DNA of 64,000 nucleotides from Thermoplasmata archaeon (GTDB taxonomy: Archaea; Thermoplasmatota; E2; DHVEG-1): contig JADBLO010000094.1 in assembly GCA_014894395.1 (NCBI GenBank), positions 346-64,345 on the forward strand, read 5' to 3'. Shown in pieces: positions 49,306 to 59,018 of the stretch (positions are counted from its first letter, which is position 1; each line of letters starts with the position of its first letter). Below the pieces are notes generated by a model. It worked only from the letters and a program-made list of their open reading frames with translations. It was not told the origin of the DNA and made no database searches. Made by a program: the position numbers and the translations under genes.

Positions 49306-51348
49306 ATGAGCGATATAATGGTTTGGAAAAAATATGGATCATTACTTTTTGTAGTACTTCTTGCAAGTGTATCTGTACTACCATTCGTTGCAGATGCTGC
49401 AGATTCGACCACTTTTATTCAATCTCCAATCCACTATTTGAATGATCCAAGAGGGAATGATTGGTGGCCGATGTTCCGCCATGATGTAACACATAATGGT
49501 TTTTCAACGACAACCGCACCGGAAGATAATCAAGTGCTGTGGTCGTATCAGACGAATTATGTCATCTCATCGTCACCTGCAATGTCTCATGGGCGAGTCT
49601 ATATTGGTTCATGGGACTGGAACCTATACTGCTTAGATATGGATAGCGGGAGTCTCGTATGGAATTATTCAACAACGGGGGAGATTACTTCGTCTCCAGC
49701 AGTTGCAAATGGGAAAGTCTATGTCGGTTCACAGGATTCAAAGCTGTATTGTCTGAATGCGATTGATGGAACATTCCTCTGGAGTTATAAAACAGATTTT
49801 ATCATTGATACCTCACCGACCGTTATAGACGACAAAGTATTTTTTGGTTCTAGTGACGGTTCACTATACTGTTTAGACGCAGATGATGGATATCTCCTCT
49901 GGAAATATCAAACAGGGAGTGTTATCGTGTCATCTCCAGCAGTGACAGATGAAAAGGTCTATTTTGGTGTTACGAATGGTGATTTCTTATGTGTGGATAG
50001 TGATAATGGAGCTTTCATCTGGGAATATACCATGACCGATGGAACATACTCTTCGCCGACAGTATTTGATGGAAAGATTTACTTTGGATCAAATGACAAA
50101 AACGTGTATTGTTTGGATGCGGATGATGGGAGTCTGATGTGGAATTATAGCGCACTCAGCGAAGTCCATTCATCACCCGCAATCGCATATGATTATCTCT
50201 ATATCGGTACGAGCGATGGGAGGTTGCTCTGTCTAACCAGAGACACCGGTGGGTTTGTATGGAGCTATCAAATAAGCGGTAGTGTCGAATCATCACCTGC
50301 AGTTGCTGATGGCAAGGTCTATTTTGGTACAAATCCGTGTTGTGGTTTTTTAAGTTATTTCATCTGTCTTAATGCATTTAGTGGAACCAAGATTTGGGAG
50401 TATAATTTTAACCTACTAACAGGTTCAAAATCATCCGCTGCCCTTGCAGCAAGTAAGGTGTTTGTTGGTTCCGCAGACGGAAAAGTGTATGCATTCGGAG
50501 ACATAGAATTCCTCGCTGATGCAAACGGCCCCTATCACGGTGTTATCAACACGTCGGTTGATTTTATAGGATCGGCGTATGGAGGAGAACTAGGTTTTTC
50601 ATGGTACTGGGACTTTGGTGATAACGCGACATCAACAGATCAGAATCCAACACATGCCTATGCGTCTCTAGGGGAGTATACGGTGACGCTCACTGTGACA
50701 GATAACATTGGTGATGTGACAACGGATGAGACATCGGTATTTATTGAAATACCGAATACACCACCTGAAATACCAGTAATCGATGGTCCAACAACGGGAA
50801 AACCAGGAAAGTCCTATGAGTACACCTTCACTGCATCAGACTCAAATGGGGATAAGATCCTCTATTCTATTGATTGGGGAGATAACACGACGAGTGGATG
50901 GATAGGACCATTTCTCTCTGGAGTTGAGCTGAAACGAGAGCATACGTGGTCTGAAAAAGGGTCATATATAGTGAAAGCCAAAACAAAAGACAACCATGGC
51001 GCAGAGAGCAACTGGTCAGATCCCTTTGAAATGACGATTACTGCACCAACACTTGATATCGAAATAAAAGGTGGGTTTGGCGTCACAGTTACAATTATAA
51101 ACGATGGCGATGCTCCTGCGACGAATGTCTCCTGGAACATCACATTCGATAGCGGTTTTGTCTTCCCTGCGTTAAAAAATGGTATGATCCCTACGATTTC
51201 TGCAGGTGGACAAGCACCAATACAAGTGTTGGTGTTCGGCTTTGGTAAAACGACATTTACCGTCTCAGTGATGTGTAACGAGGAAATATCTGCCAAAAAA
51301 ATTGCACATGCATCGCTGTTGCTGTTCTTTGTTATCGGGGTAAAATAA
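49306..51348 (+). CDS. Secreted PQQ-like beta-propeller + PKD domain protein
   Basis: WPMFRHD, repeated SSPAV..GKVY.GS.D..LYCL.A..G...W units, PKD motifs WDFGD / IDWGD, and a C-terminal ~100 aa beta domain. Confidence 0.9.
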   Translation: MSDIMVWKKYGSLLFVVLLASVSVLPFVADAADSTTFIQSPIHYLNDPRGNDWWPMFRHDVTHNGFSTTTAPEDNQVLWSYQTNYVISSSPAMSHGRVYIGSWDWNLYCLDMDSGSLVWNYSTTGEITSSPAVANGKVYVGSQDSKLYCLNAIDGTFLWSYKTDFIIDTSPTVIDDKVFFGSSDGSLYCLDADDGYLLWKYQTGSVIVSSPAVTDEKVYFGVTNGDFLCVDSDNGAFIWEYTMTDGTYSSPTVFDGKIYFGSNDKNVYCLDADDGSLMWNYSALSEVHSSPAIAYDYLYIGTSDGRLLCLTRDTGGFVWSYQISGSVESSPAVADGKVYFGTNPCCGFLSYFICLNAFSGTKIWEYNFNLLTGSKSSAALAASKVFVGSADGKVYAFGDIEFLADANGPYHGVINTSVDFIGSAYGGELGFSWYWDFGDNATSTDQNPTHAYASLGEYTVTLTVTDNIGDVTTDETSVFIEIPNTPPEIPVIDGPTTGKPGKSYEYTFTASDSNGDKILYSIDWGDNTTSGWIGPFLSGVELKREHTWSEKGSYIVKAKTKDNHGAESNWSDPFEMTITAPTLDIEIKGGFGVTVTIINDGDAPATNVSWNITFDSGFVFPALKNGMIPTISAGGQAPIQVLVFGFGKTTFTVSVMCNEEISAKKIAHASLLLFFVIGVK

Positions 51349-51474
51349 TCCTCGTTCCGCTCCATTCTTTCCTTTTATTGTAAAGAGGAAATGTTGTTTC
51401 TTTAAGCATTACTGACCTTCATTTATATATTATTTTATGGACAATATCCTTTGATGTTTCTGAATAAAAGGAGG

Positions 51475-51491
51475 TTTTTTTTAAAAAAAAA
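51475..51491. terminator. Putative bidirectional oligo-T terminator (T8A9)
   Basis: TTTTTTTTAAAAAAAAA between two convergent genes; archaeal termination uses oligo-T. Confidence 0.4.
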
Positions 51492-51507
51492 GAGAAAATG
51501 CGATGGT

Positions 51508-53994
51508 TTACTGGTAGCCACCGATTTTTAACGTAGGATCGCCGAGCAACACCCATTGTTGAACGGATTTTGGATGTCCCGCAGCAAGATCGGTCATGTC
51601 GAAGGTATTGACGTAGCTTGTCAGAGTCTGCTGGTATGCTTGCCCTAGGATATCGAGTCCTTCCGCTCCGTACTGTTTGAAGAATTCAATGGTGATCCAT
51701 CCGTCACCACCGCCTGTTGTGAGATCAATACCAGGCATACCATACCCAAGCCCTGTGTTTCCCATGGTAGCGATGGCACCGCCATGTGGGTTTCGAATCA
51801 GTCTCCAACTGAATGCTTCTGGAACCGGCGTCCCGTAACACCACATGTGTATTTTTGGGAAGTTCGGAAACACATAAATCATAGCATCAAGAAGCCCATA
51901 CACCATCGAGACATTGAACTGACTGTTATGACAACCACCAATCACTGCAATGGGGAGTTTCTCTTCATTTCGAATGGTATCCATCGGGAATATCGGCTTT
52001 GTAAAATATGGTGACCAAGGACGCAGCGTGGTTACTTCAAGCCCGGTGATGCTTCCATATTTACGATTTCCTGGAATACCAGGATAATGATCAGCCCACA
52101 CGTTTGGACTGCCGTGACCGGAAAGGAAAATAAAACCAGCACCTTCGTTCCATGCATTAATGACGTCCTGCTCTCCGGTGTATTTACCATTGGATGCCCA
52201 GATGATATCACGTTGGAACTCTTCCGGCATGTAATACAGAGCACCGCCTCTGCCAAGTAACGCCTGTTCACCAGTGGTATATTCTCCTTCGTAGTACATC
52301 TCTGTGTTATTTCGCCAGTCTTCAAACACGATATCATCGGTGCTATTTTTTATCCACACATGGATGCTGCTGAGATTCCCGTATGGTTTGGGGTCATAGC
52401 TTTTTCCCCGGATGGTAAGAACCTCATCAAGATAGCTCATGTTTGCCCAGAAGTAGAATTCGTTACAATAGGCTTCTCCATCATTGGGGACATAGGTAAA
52501 ATCGGTGTTGCCAAGAACATTTCCTTCTGAAACAGTCACGATTTCAGCGATGGGTAAACCTGGGTAATGGTTGATCCGTAAATTATCATTATGGTTGAAG
52601 GTGAGGTTGGTCTCTTTGATTTTGTCAACGGTGACATTGATTGTTTCAATGGGTCCGTATTCTGCAGAAGGGTTGCTGCTCTGCGCATAAATCGTGTATG
52701 CTCCTGTTGGGAGACCAGTTGTGTCCCATTGTATGTTTAAATCCTTTTGGTCAAGGAACCCGTCACCACTGATAACCGTCATTTTCTTGAACCACTCAGC
52801 CCCGTAGGTAGTAGTCTCATAGTTGATGATTTTTTTGACCACAGTTCGTACCTCAGCAACGCTTACGCAAGCAAGTCTGCCAAGAGCAACATCAGGGTAG
52901 AGATCAAGTCCTGTGTCATTTTCAACCCCTGGTTTTCCCCACGCAGCAAAAACCCCATCACCATTGGGATCCCAGCTTGAGAAATTTCCTCCGTTTTCGT
53001 AGATATCAGCATAGTATAAATCACTGATAACACCAGGGTCAAAATATGTTACTTCAGCGGTTAAGGGGAATTTCGGGTCGTCATAGAGATTGGTGTATCG
53101 AACAGGAACATTCCAGCCTTTGCTGCCTTGGTTAGCATCGTCTCTGGGTTTTGCACAAAACATGCTTTTCAGTCCACCGATGAGCAGGACTGAGGTTATC
53201 CCCTGGGTTTCTATAGCGTCTTTGATGAAGTATTTGATTTGTTCTGGTTTATCAACACCGACATACTCGGCATAAATATCCTCTGTGGTTTTCAAATATG
53301 TACTAACATTATAACTGTTTTTATGATCGATAAGTGGTTGAAGTGCGCTTTCAAATTTTTCTGGTGCAATGATGACTAGATCATATGCGCTGGTTGCTGG
53401 AAACGGGGAATGCGCTAAAGGTGTATAGGTAACACTGATGTCTGCGTTGTTTGCTATCTGTAAGGTTCCTGTTGCTGGTGTGTATCGAATCGGATAATAA
53501 TGAATAGAAAGGAAGGTAACATGTTGGTTGTTTTTGTTTAATCCGACGCCGGTTGTTGTGGTGTACCAGGTTGTTGGATATGGTGTTGTCATTGCATAAA
53601 TGGATTCATCTTTCATCGTGGTACCGGCAGCGATACTTTGATATTCTGGGGTGAGGGGAAGGAGCGCAGCTGCTGGTTTGATTTCTTGGTCGATATACTG
53701 AGTGGTGATGTCTTGTGGGGTAAGAGAAACACGAATATCGGTTGATCCAAATGGTAGTTCAATGATATGAACGAGTTCTGGAAGTCGTGGATGACCTGTG
53801 ATGGAGAGATACGTTGAAGACCCTGCGAGTTCAAGCATGATATAATCGTTGTTTGCTGATTGGATCTCCACCTGTGGTGTGGAGAGATGTTGAGATAGAG
53901 ACATGGTTGCCTGTTGGTTGGTTTTTATTCCTACGACTCCTAGTGTGGAGCCAACAAGAATTCCTACAATAAACAGTATTGCTATTTTTTTCAT
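51508..53994 (-). CDS. Peptidase family C25 (gingipain-like) with propeptide
   Basis: Signal peptide, propeptide-like region, LVIIAP..F...L.PLI.HK, VLLIG, SDLYYAD, PDVALGRL, catalytic SGHGS and GGCHNS, WVLLGDPTL. Confidence 0.9.
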   Translation of the reverse strand: MKKIAILFIVGILVGSTLGVVGIKTNQQATMSLSQHLSTPQVEIQSANNDYIMLELAGSSTYLSITGHPRLPELVHIIELPFGSTDIRVSLTPQDITTQYIDQEIKPAAALLPLTPEYQSIAAGTTMKDESIYAMTTPYPTTWYTTTTGVGLNKNNQHVTFLSIHYYPIRYTPATGTLQIANNADISVTYTPLAHSPFPATSAYDLVIIAPEKFESALQPLIDHKNSYNVSTYLKTTEDIYAEYVGVDKPEQIKYFIKDAIETQGITSVLLIGGLKSMFCAKPRDDANQGSKGWNVPVRYTNLYDDPKFPLTAEVTYFDPGVISDLYYADIYENGGNFSSWDPNGDGVFAAWGKPGVENDTGLDLYPDVALGRLACVSVAEVRTVVKKIINYETTTYGAEWFKKMTVISGDGFLDQKDLNIQWDTTGLPTGAYTIYAQSSNPSAEYGPIETINVTVDKIKETNLTFNHNDNLRINHYPGLPIAEIVTVSEGNVLGNTDFTYVPNDGEAYCNEFYFWANMSYLDEVLTIRGKSYDPKPYGNLSSIHVWIKNSTDDIVFEDWRNNTEMYYEGEYTTGEQALLGRGGALYYMPEEFQRDIIWASNGKYTGEQDVINAWNEGAGFIFLSGHGSPNVWADHYPGIPGNRKYGSITGLEVTTLRPWSPYFTKPIFPMDTIRNEEKLPIAVIGGCHNSQFNVSMVYGLLDAMIYVFPNFPKIHMWCYGTPVPEAFSWRLIRNPHGGAIATMGNTGLGYGMPGIDLTTGGGDGWITIEFFKQYGAEGLDILGQAYQQTLTSYVNTFDMTDLAAGHPKSVQQWVLLGDPTLKIGGYQ

Positions 53995-54266
53995 ATTATT
54001 TAAGACCCCCTATTTTATTATTTTATATTATGGTTCAGTAGTAATTAAATATTTTGGTCATCCCTTCAACAGTACGATAGAGGTTATTCTCTCCTTTTAA
54101 TGGCAGTATATGTGCTATCACTTCGATTTTTCTTTATTAATTAGTTACTACAAAATAATGATGTAAATCATATGTTGTATTCGACTCATTTTTGGGGGTA
54201 CAACCGAAATATGTTGTATAGATTGGAGATCAAACATCGTGTGATCTTTCGTTTATGGTTATCGCA

Positions 54267-55409
54267 TTACTTGTTTTTGACTTCTTTAACACTAAGAAAT
54301 TCAGCGGCGTCCCCCTTGTAAATTGTTGGTGTCACAGTAATTTCCACTAACAACTCAGTATGTTCTTTGGTGAATAACACAGTTCTAAAAGAGTTTGAAG
54401 TAACACCTTTTAATCTATTGAGATAGTATTTTCTGGCATCCTCAAAGCCGTGAGGAGCGATAAAAACAAAAAAACTCTTCTGTAAAAGTTCATTACTTTC
54501 ATAACCGAGAAAATCAGCAAAGGAATTGCTAATTTGTTTGAAAATCCCTCTCTGTACGACCGCAACGACTTCATTCGTATCATCAATAATGAGACGATCC
54601 TCCATTTTTTCTTTCATAAAAATTTTGTCATCCGCGGGGATATTTCTTACGAGGTTTTTCTCATCAATCTGAATTTTTTCTTTTGATTCAAAATAAGGGA
54701 TAACGCGATCAGTAAACATTTTCTCCTGGTTTATAAGATTTCTTCGTCGCTCTTCGATATCGTTTTCCAATTTTTCAATTCGTACTGTTTTTCTTTCAAG
54801 GTCCTCTAACATGGTCTGCATTTTTTGAAGAATAGTATCTGACACTTTTTTTAGTTCAACCGTGCTCTCTGAGAGAAGAGACGTCTGAGGTTGCTGATTG
54901 ACGTTCGCATTTTTTGCAAAGAGAGACTTGACTCGCACAGAAGTAGGTTCCTTCTCCATAATTTTCATCGCTACCGGTTCTTTTTTACGGAGCATCGTCG
55001 GGGTTTCTACACCTTTTAAGACGTACTGATAATCGATGAGAACAACAAGGAGCAGACAACCAAACAGACCATAGTGATAGACATATGCTATATCCATTGG
55101 GCTAAACATAATGGTGAACCCCAAGCTCGATAACATCACAGAGGTCGGGAGGAAAGAGAGAAGTAAATTTCGTTTACCGGACCGTAGATGCAGATACATA
55201 TCGGCGAGTATAATCATCAAGGAAAGTAATCCCAGTTGCACGTTGCTCAATCCTGATAAAAGATAAAAGGGCGTGAGTTCAAAGATGAACTTTGGTTCAA
55301 AGGCGGCTCTGAAAAAGAAAATAAACACGAACTTCACCAAGAGATAAATTGAAAAAAATATGAATAGGCAACAGGGAAAAAGCCAAGAACGACGACTATA
55401 CTTTTTCAT
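54267..55409 (-). CDS. Membrane protein (4 TM) with coiled coil and C-terminal PAS domain
   Basis: Four hydrophobic segments, heptad region, then VVQRG.F..ISNSFADFLGY...EL...F..FIAP...YKGDAA PAS-like fold; no kinase domain. Confidence 0.75.
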   Translation of the reverse strand: MKKYSRRSWLFPCCLFIFFSIYLLVKFVFIFFFRAAFEPKFIFELTPFYLLSGLSNVQLGLLSLMIILADMYLHLRSGKRNLLLSFLPTSVMLSSLGFTIMFSPMDIAYVYHYGLFGCLLLVVLIDYQYVLKGVETPTMLRKKEPVAMKIMEKEPTSVRVKSLFAKNANVNQQPQTSLLSESTVELKKVSDTILQKMQTMLEDLERKTVRIEKLENDIEERRRNLINQEKMFTDRVIPYFESKEKIQIDEKNLVRNIPADDKIFMKEKMEDRLIIDDTNEVVAVVQRGIFKQISNSFADFLGYESNELLQKSFFVFIAPHGFEDARKYYLNRLKGVTSNSFRTVLFTKEHTELLVEITVTPTIYKGDAAEFLSVKEVKNK

Positions 55410-56088
55410 AGTTTCCTCGTCTTTTTTCTAGCATCCCTGTTTTTTTAAGATAATACACGACACCAATCGACCCGAGTACTATTGCGATTAAATCGACAAG
55501 ATACGGAGGGATATCGATAGTAATTCGTAAACCTATCCAAGGAATCACAATAGTATTGCCGCTTCTCATTGATTCTTCACTGTTGTAATAGATATATGCC
55601 TCTGCGGGGGTGGATCCCGCTCTATCATTTATCACAATGCTTAAGCCGGTAAAAAATGTTTTTTGAAAGACGAATCGTACTGCAATGTCGCAGCGTTCAT
55701 CGATGGTTTCTTTCTTGTTTGATTTTTCGAAAAAACACTTTTCGATAACCAATAAATGATTATTCTCAGGTGTTTCGCTGAATTCATTTATTTCAACATA
55801 GGAGTCCAAACTCGTATATTGTTGGAAAATAAACGTAGAGAGCCTTACGCCATAATTGTCGAGGGTCACACTCACATTATTGATATCAGCCCAGGAGTTA
55901 TAATCTGAAATATTGAGATACACTCGGATAAAATTATCCTGCTCCTCAACACGGATATACCCGTATTTTGGTGGGACGTTTATTACTCCTACACCTGCTT
56001 GCCCTGCGCTTGCGTTCAGCGGAACAAGTACTGAACAGAGGACGAGGGTTGTGAACATTAGTAGAAAGGGTAAAATGATTTTTCTCAT
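55396..56088 (-). CDS. Secreted, C-terminally membrane-anchored protein related to the first domain of the 57655/59019 subunits
   Basis: Signal peptide (..ASA), VGVINVPP, LNISDYNSWADINNVSV (cf. VNISSDQGWDDIQFINI), C-terminal TM + basic tail. Confidence 0.7.
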   Translation of the reverse strand: MRKIILPFLLMFTTLVLCSVLVPLNASAGQAGVGVINVPPKYGYIRVEEQDNFIRVYLNISDYNSWADINNVSVTLDNYGVRLSTFIFQQYTSLDSYVEINEFSETPENNHLLVIEKCFFEKSNKKETIDERCDIAVRFVFQKTFFTGLSIVINDRAGSTPAEAYIYYNSEESMRSGNTIVIPWIGLRITIDIPPYLVDLIAIVLGSIGVVYYLKKTGMLEKRRGNYEKV

Positions 56089-56098
56089 TTTTTCTCTG

Positions 56099-57493
56099 TT
56101 ACCTCATTCTATTTTTAACGTATGATAAAACCATATAGATAACAACAAGCAGAACGACGATGATGACAATGATCTGCACGATGAAACCAGGGTTCGCAGA
56201 TGTTCCTTTGTCAGGTGATGCTGGCGGTCCAATGGTTATTTGAGTTGTATAGGTTTTAATTACTTCATCACTGCTTACTTTATAGGTAAGGATACCTGTT
56301 TTTCCCTCACCGAGAGCTTCAACGGTCACGACTATAGTCCGTTCTGAAGTATTTGTGGAAGTAAAAGAAATCGGAGAACGTGTTTCAGTAATGCCATCAT
56401 ACAATTTTAGCGCACTAATGTTTTTTTCATCTGCTGATACGTCTACAGTTACTGCCCCGTTACCGGAAACATATACATTGATATCTCGGATTTCCCCCTC
56501 ATACATGTTTAATCTTTCTAAATACTGGAAGGTTATCCCTGTGCCTTGGATTTCATCTAGTCTATAGTTGCTATGCCCTACATAGATGACCAACTGAGGT
56601 ACGTCTATAATAAAGGAGGTGTACAAGGTAACGGTCGCATTTGTATCGACGAAATATGAGCGAGGATATGAGCCGTTTAATTGTACATCCATTCTTTTAA
56701 TCCCAGGCGGCCAACTTTTCGAATGGACTATAACATAATGAGTGATGATATCATCCGGTAAAAATTTTTTATTTAGATCTGTAATTTCGATATCGTTGTA
56801 TTTTTCGTAATCGATATTTACGTTCAGCGGAATATTACCAATATTTCCTATCTTAAAGAAATTATCACCTTGAGCATCCATGATGGTGAATGGATCAACA
56901 TAAAATATGATTGAAGATGGTTTGCTCAATGAGATACCGGTTTTTGGTTTTTCTACGACAATACTCTCAGAATGAACTGTAGTTCCATCTTTTGATACTT
57001 CAACAGTCCAGTTTTCAAAATAGTCTACAATGTTAGGCATTGCATCCTTTATTCCTATACAAAAACTGTACAGAGTAGTGTTATTATAACAAGAATCCTG
57101 TTTTATGTACTCAGGACCATACCCGCTTACATCGTTCCAGACTGTTATATTATTTTTATCGTATTTCCACTCATAATAATTTGTTTCATTTTTATTTCCA
57201 GTTGTGAGTGTTATTCCTTTATAGAACCTCAATGACAATTCATCGATTATCTGATTCATGGTAATATTCACATACTGCCAGACACCAGCGACAAACACAG
57301 GTTTGTTAAAACGAGTTTGTTGTTCACCCTGCAACATCTTAATGGATAGAGATACCTCATCAGCTGCTGCTGTTGCAACAGTTGATACCAAGGTGCATAA
57401 ACATATTATGAGTATAAAAAAAACGATACTATGTTTTCTTGTTTGTTTTCCCACTCTCCTCTCTCCTGTAGTAAATCTAGACTGCTGAGTCAC
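56099..57493 (-). CDS. Secreted multi-Ig-like protein with C-terminal membrane anchor
   Basis: Signal peptide, beta-rich, KIGNIGNIPLNV motif, Pro-rich linker, TM IVQIIVIIVVLLVVIYMVL + KNRMR. Confidence 0.75.
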   Translation of the reverse strand: MTQQSRFTTGERRVGKQTRKHSIVFFILIICLCTLVSTVATAAADEVSLSIKMLQGEQQTRFNKPVFVAGVWQYVNITMNQIIDELSLRFYKGITLTTGNKNETNYYEWKYDKNNITVWNDVSGYGPEYIKQDSCYNNTTLYSFCIGIKDAMPNIVDYFENWTVEVSKDGTTVHSESIVVEKPKTGISLSKPSSIIFYVDPFTIMDAQGDNFFKIGNIGNIPLNVNIDYEKYNDIEITDLNKKFLPDDIITHYVIVHSKSWPPGIKRMDVQLNGSYPRSYFVDTNATVTLYTSFIIDVPQLVIYVGHSNYRLDEIQGTGITFQYLERLNMYEGEIRDINVYVSGNGAVTVDVSADEKNISALKLYDGITETRSPISFTSTNTSERTIVVTVEALGEGKTGILTYKVSSDEVIKTYTTQITIGPPASPDKGTSANPGFIVQIIVIIVVLLVVIYMVLSYVKNRMR

Positions 57494-57654
57494 CCATCCA
57501 TACTTCTTATCTTTATTCGTATATTAAAGTCTTTCTTTGAAAAGATATTTTTTCGATAGTAATTAAGAGAGGAAGAGCATGACAAAATGACTTTACATTA
57601 CATACAAAAAATAAAATTTTTATTAAAAAAAAGGGGGGGATTGGTGTTGTATCA

Positions 57655-58782
57655 CTATGTTGTCGTCAGATGATATCGTATCGCGGCAACATAGTCACCA
57701 GCCATTTGACCTATGGGAATGTTACATTTATACTCAACATCATCGGTGGTCAGATTGGTACCATTAGCTTGTGCAAGATGGTATGTTCCAATAAGTCCGT
57801 AGAAATAGATCCCACTACCGCTCGCAGTGAAATTGTCGAAGATATCTAAATCGCCACCGCGTACCCAAATCCTCTCTCGAGAAATCGTTGCTCCTGGAAA
57901 CGTTCTATGAGTTAAATCCTCGACGTCGGTAGAGAGAGAATAATTCCCGTTCGACCGTGTCACGAGTGTTATATTACTGTTCGCAGTCGCATTTTCTCCT
58001 GGGTGACCAATAATAGTCGGCCATCCAGCACTGACGATCTCACTATACGAGTAAATACCGTACTCATCGTTTATCCAAATAGTGCTCGATTGTGGGGCAT
58101 CTTCACCACTATCAGTAACTGCTATTTTAAAATTCCAGGACTCAACATCATCCGTTGTATTGTAGGTATTGTTCCAGATCCCGTCACCAGGAGCATACCT
58201 CACCTGATAACCTGGAATAAACGAAAATGTTAGATTATGACATTCTGTATGACCAGCACTCCCATAAGGATCGAACCCGACTGTATCTGAATGTGTCCCT
58301 TCAGTAATCTCACCACCATGAGGCCATAGCATCCTCCAGACAGCAGTACCCGTAGTGTTCTTATATTGAAGGAATAGATTCCAATTTCCACCCGATGTTT
58401 GATTATAAGTGCTACCGTCGTTCCCTTGATCATACCAAGCGGTGATATTTATGAATTGAATATCATCCCAGCCCTGATCACTACTGATATTAACAATGAA
58501 TCTGTATTCTGCACTATCGTTTATATCATTCTGTGCATTGAGTCTGGATACCCAGGTTCCAGACTGTTTGTACTGAAAATCATACCAATTGATTCTCGGA
58601 GGAAAATGCAGGACTGTTACATTCAAAGTTGTTGAATTATGCCATATATCAGGGATATCACCAGGATCGGCTTTCCCAATCATGATGATTGGTCCAAAAA
58701 GAAAGATATTTACTACTAGAGAGACGATTATTGTTATTCCTATTATAGCAGAAAACAACTTTCTCTTTCGTTCCATCTCCAT
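57655..58782 (-). CDS. Secreted two-domain beta protein, putative filament subunit B
   Basis: Signal peptide, WHNSTTLNVTV, many N-x-S/T sequons, C-terminal IPIGQMAGDYVAAIRYHL, no membrane anchor. Start uncertain (58776-58827). Confidence 0.75.
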   Translation of the reverse strand: MEMERKRKLFSAIIGITIIVSLVVNIFLFGPIIMIGKADPGDIPDIWHNSTTLNVTVLHFPPRINWYDFQYKQSGTWVSRLNAQNDINDSAEYRFIVNISSDQGWDDIQFINITAWYDQGNDGSTYNQTSGGNWNLFLQYKNTTGTAVWRMLWPHGGEITEGTHSDTVGFDPYGSAGHTECHNLTFSFIPGYQVRYAPGDGIWNNTYNTTDDVESWNFKIAVTDSGEDAPQSSTIWINDEYGIYSYSEIVSAGWPTIIGHPGENATANSNITLVTRSNGNYSLSTDVEDLTHRTFPGATISRERIWVRGGDLDIFDNFTASGSGIYFYGLIGTYHLAQANGTNLTTDDVEYKCNIPIGQMAGDYVAAIRYHLTTT

Positions 58783-59018
58783 TTTTTTTACCTTCATCCA
58801 CTCCATTATCAAGTTACTTACCGACATGCTAACAAATGTCAGGTATACTTTTTGGGAGTCAACGTATATAAAGATTTTTTGTCAAAACGTCACTCTGTAA
58901 TAGAATCATTTTAAGATAATGTTTAGATAAAAATTGATGCGATTAAAAAAAACCAAAACCGAATAATGGGTTAATATCTGATTTCAAAATAGAGGGATTA
59001 CAGTGTGTTGATAAATTC

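Noticed and set aside
52298-52748. Intein in the C25 peptidase
   Set aside because: No N-terminal Cys/Ser, no terminal His-Asn and no endonuclease motifs.
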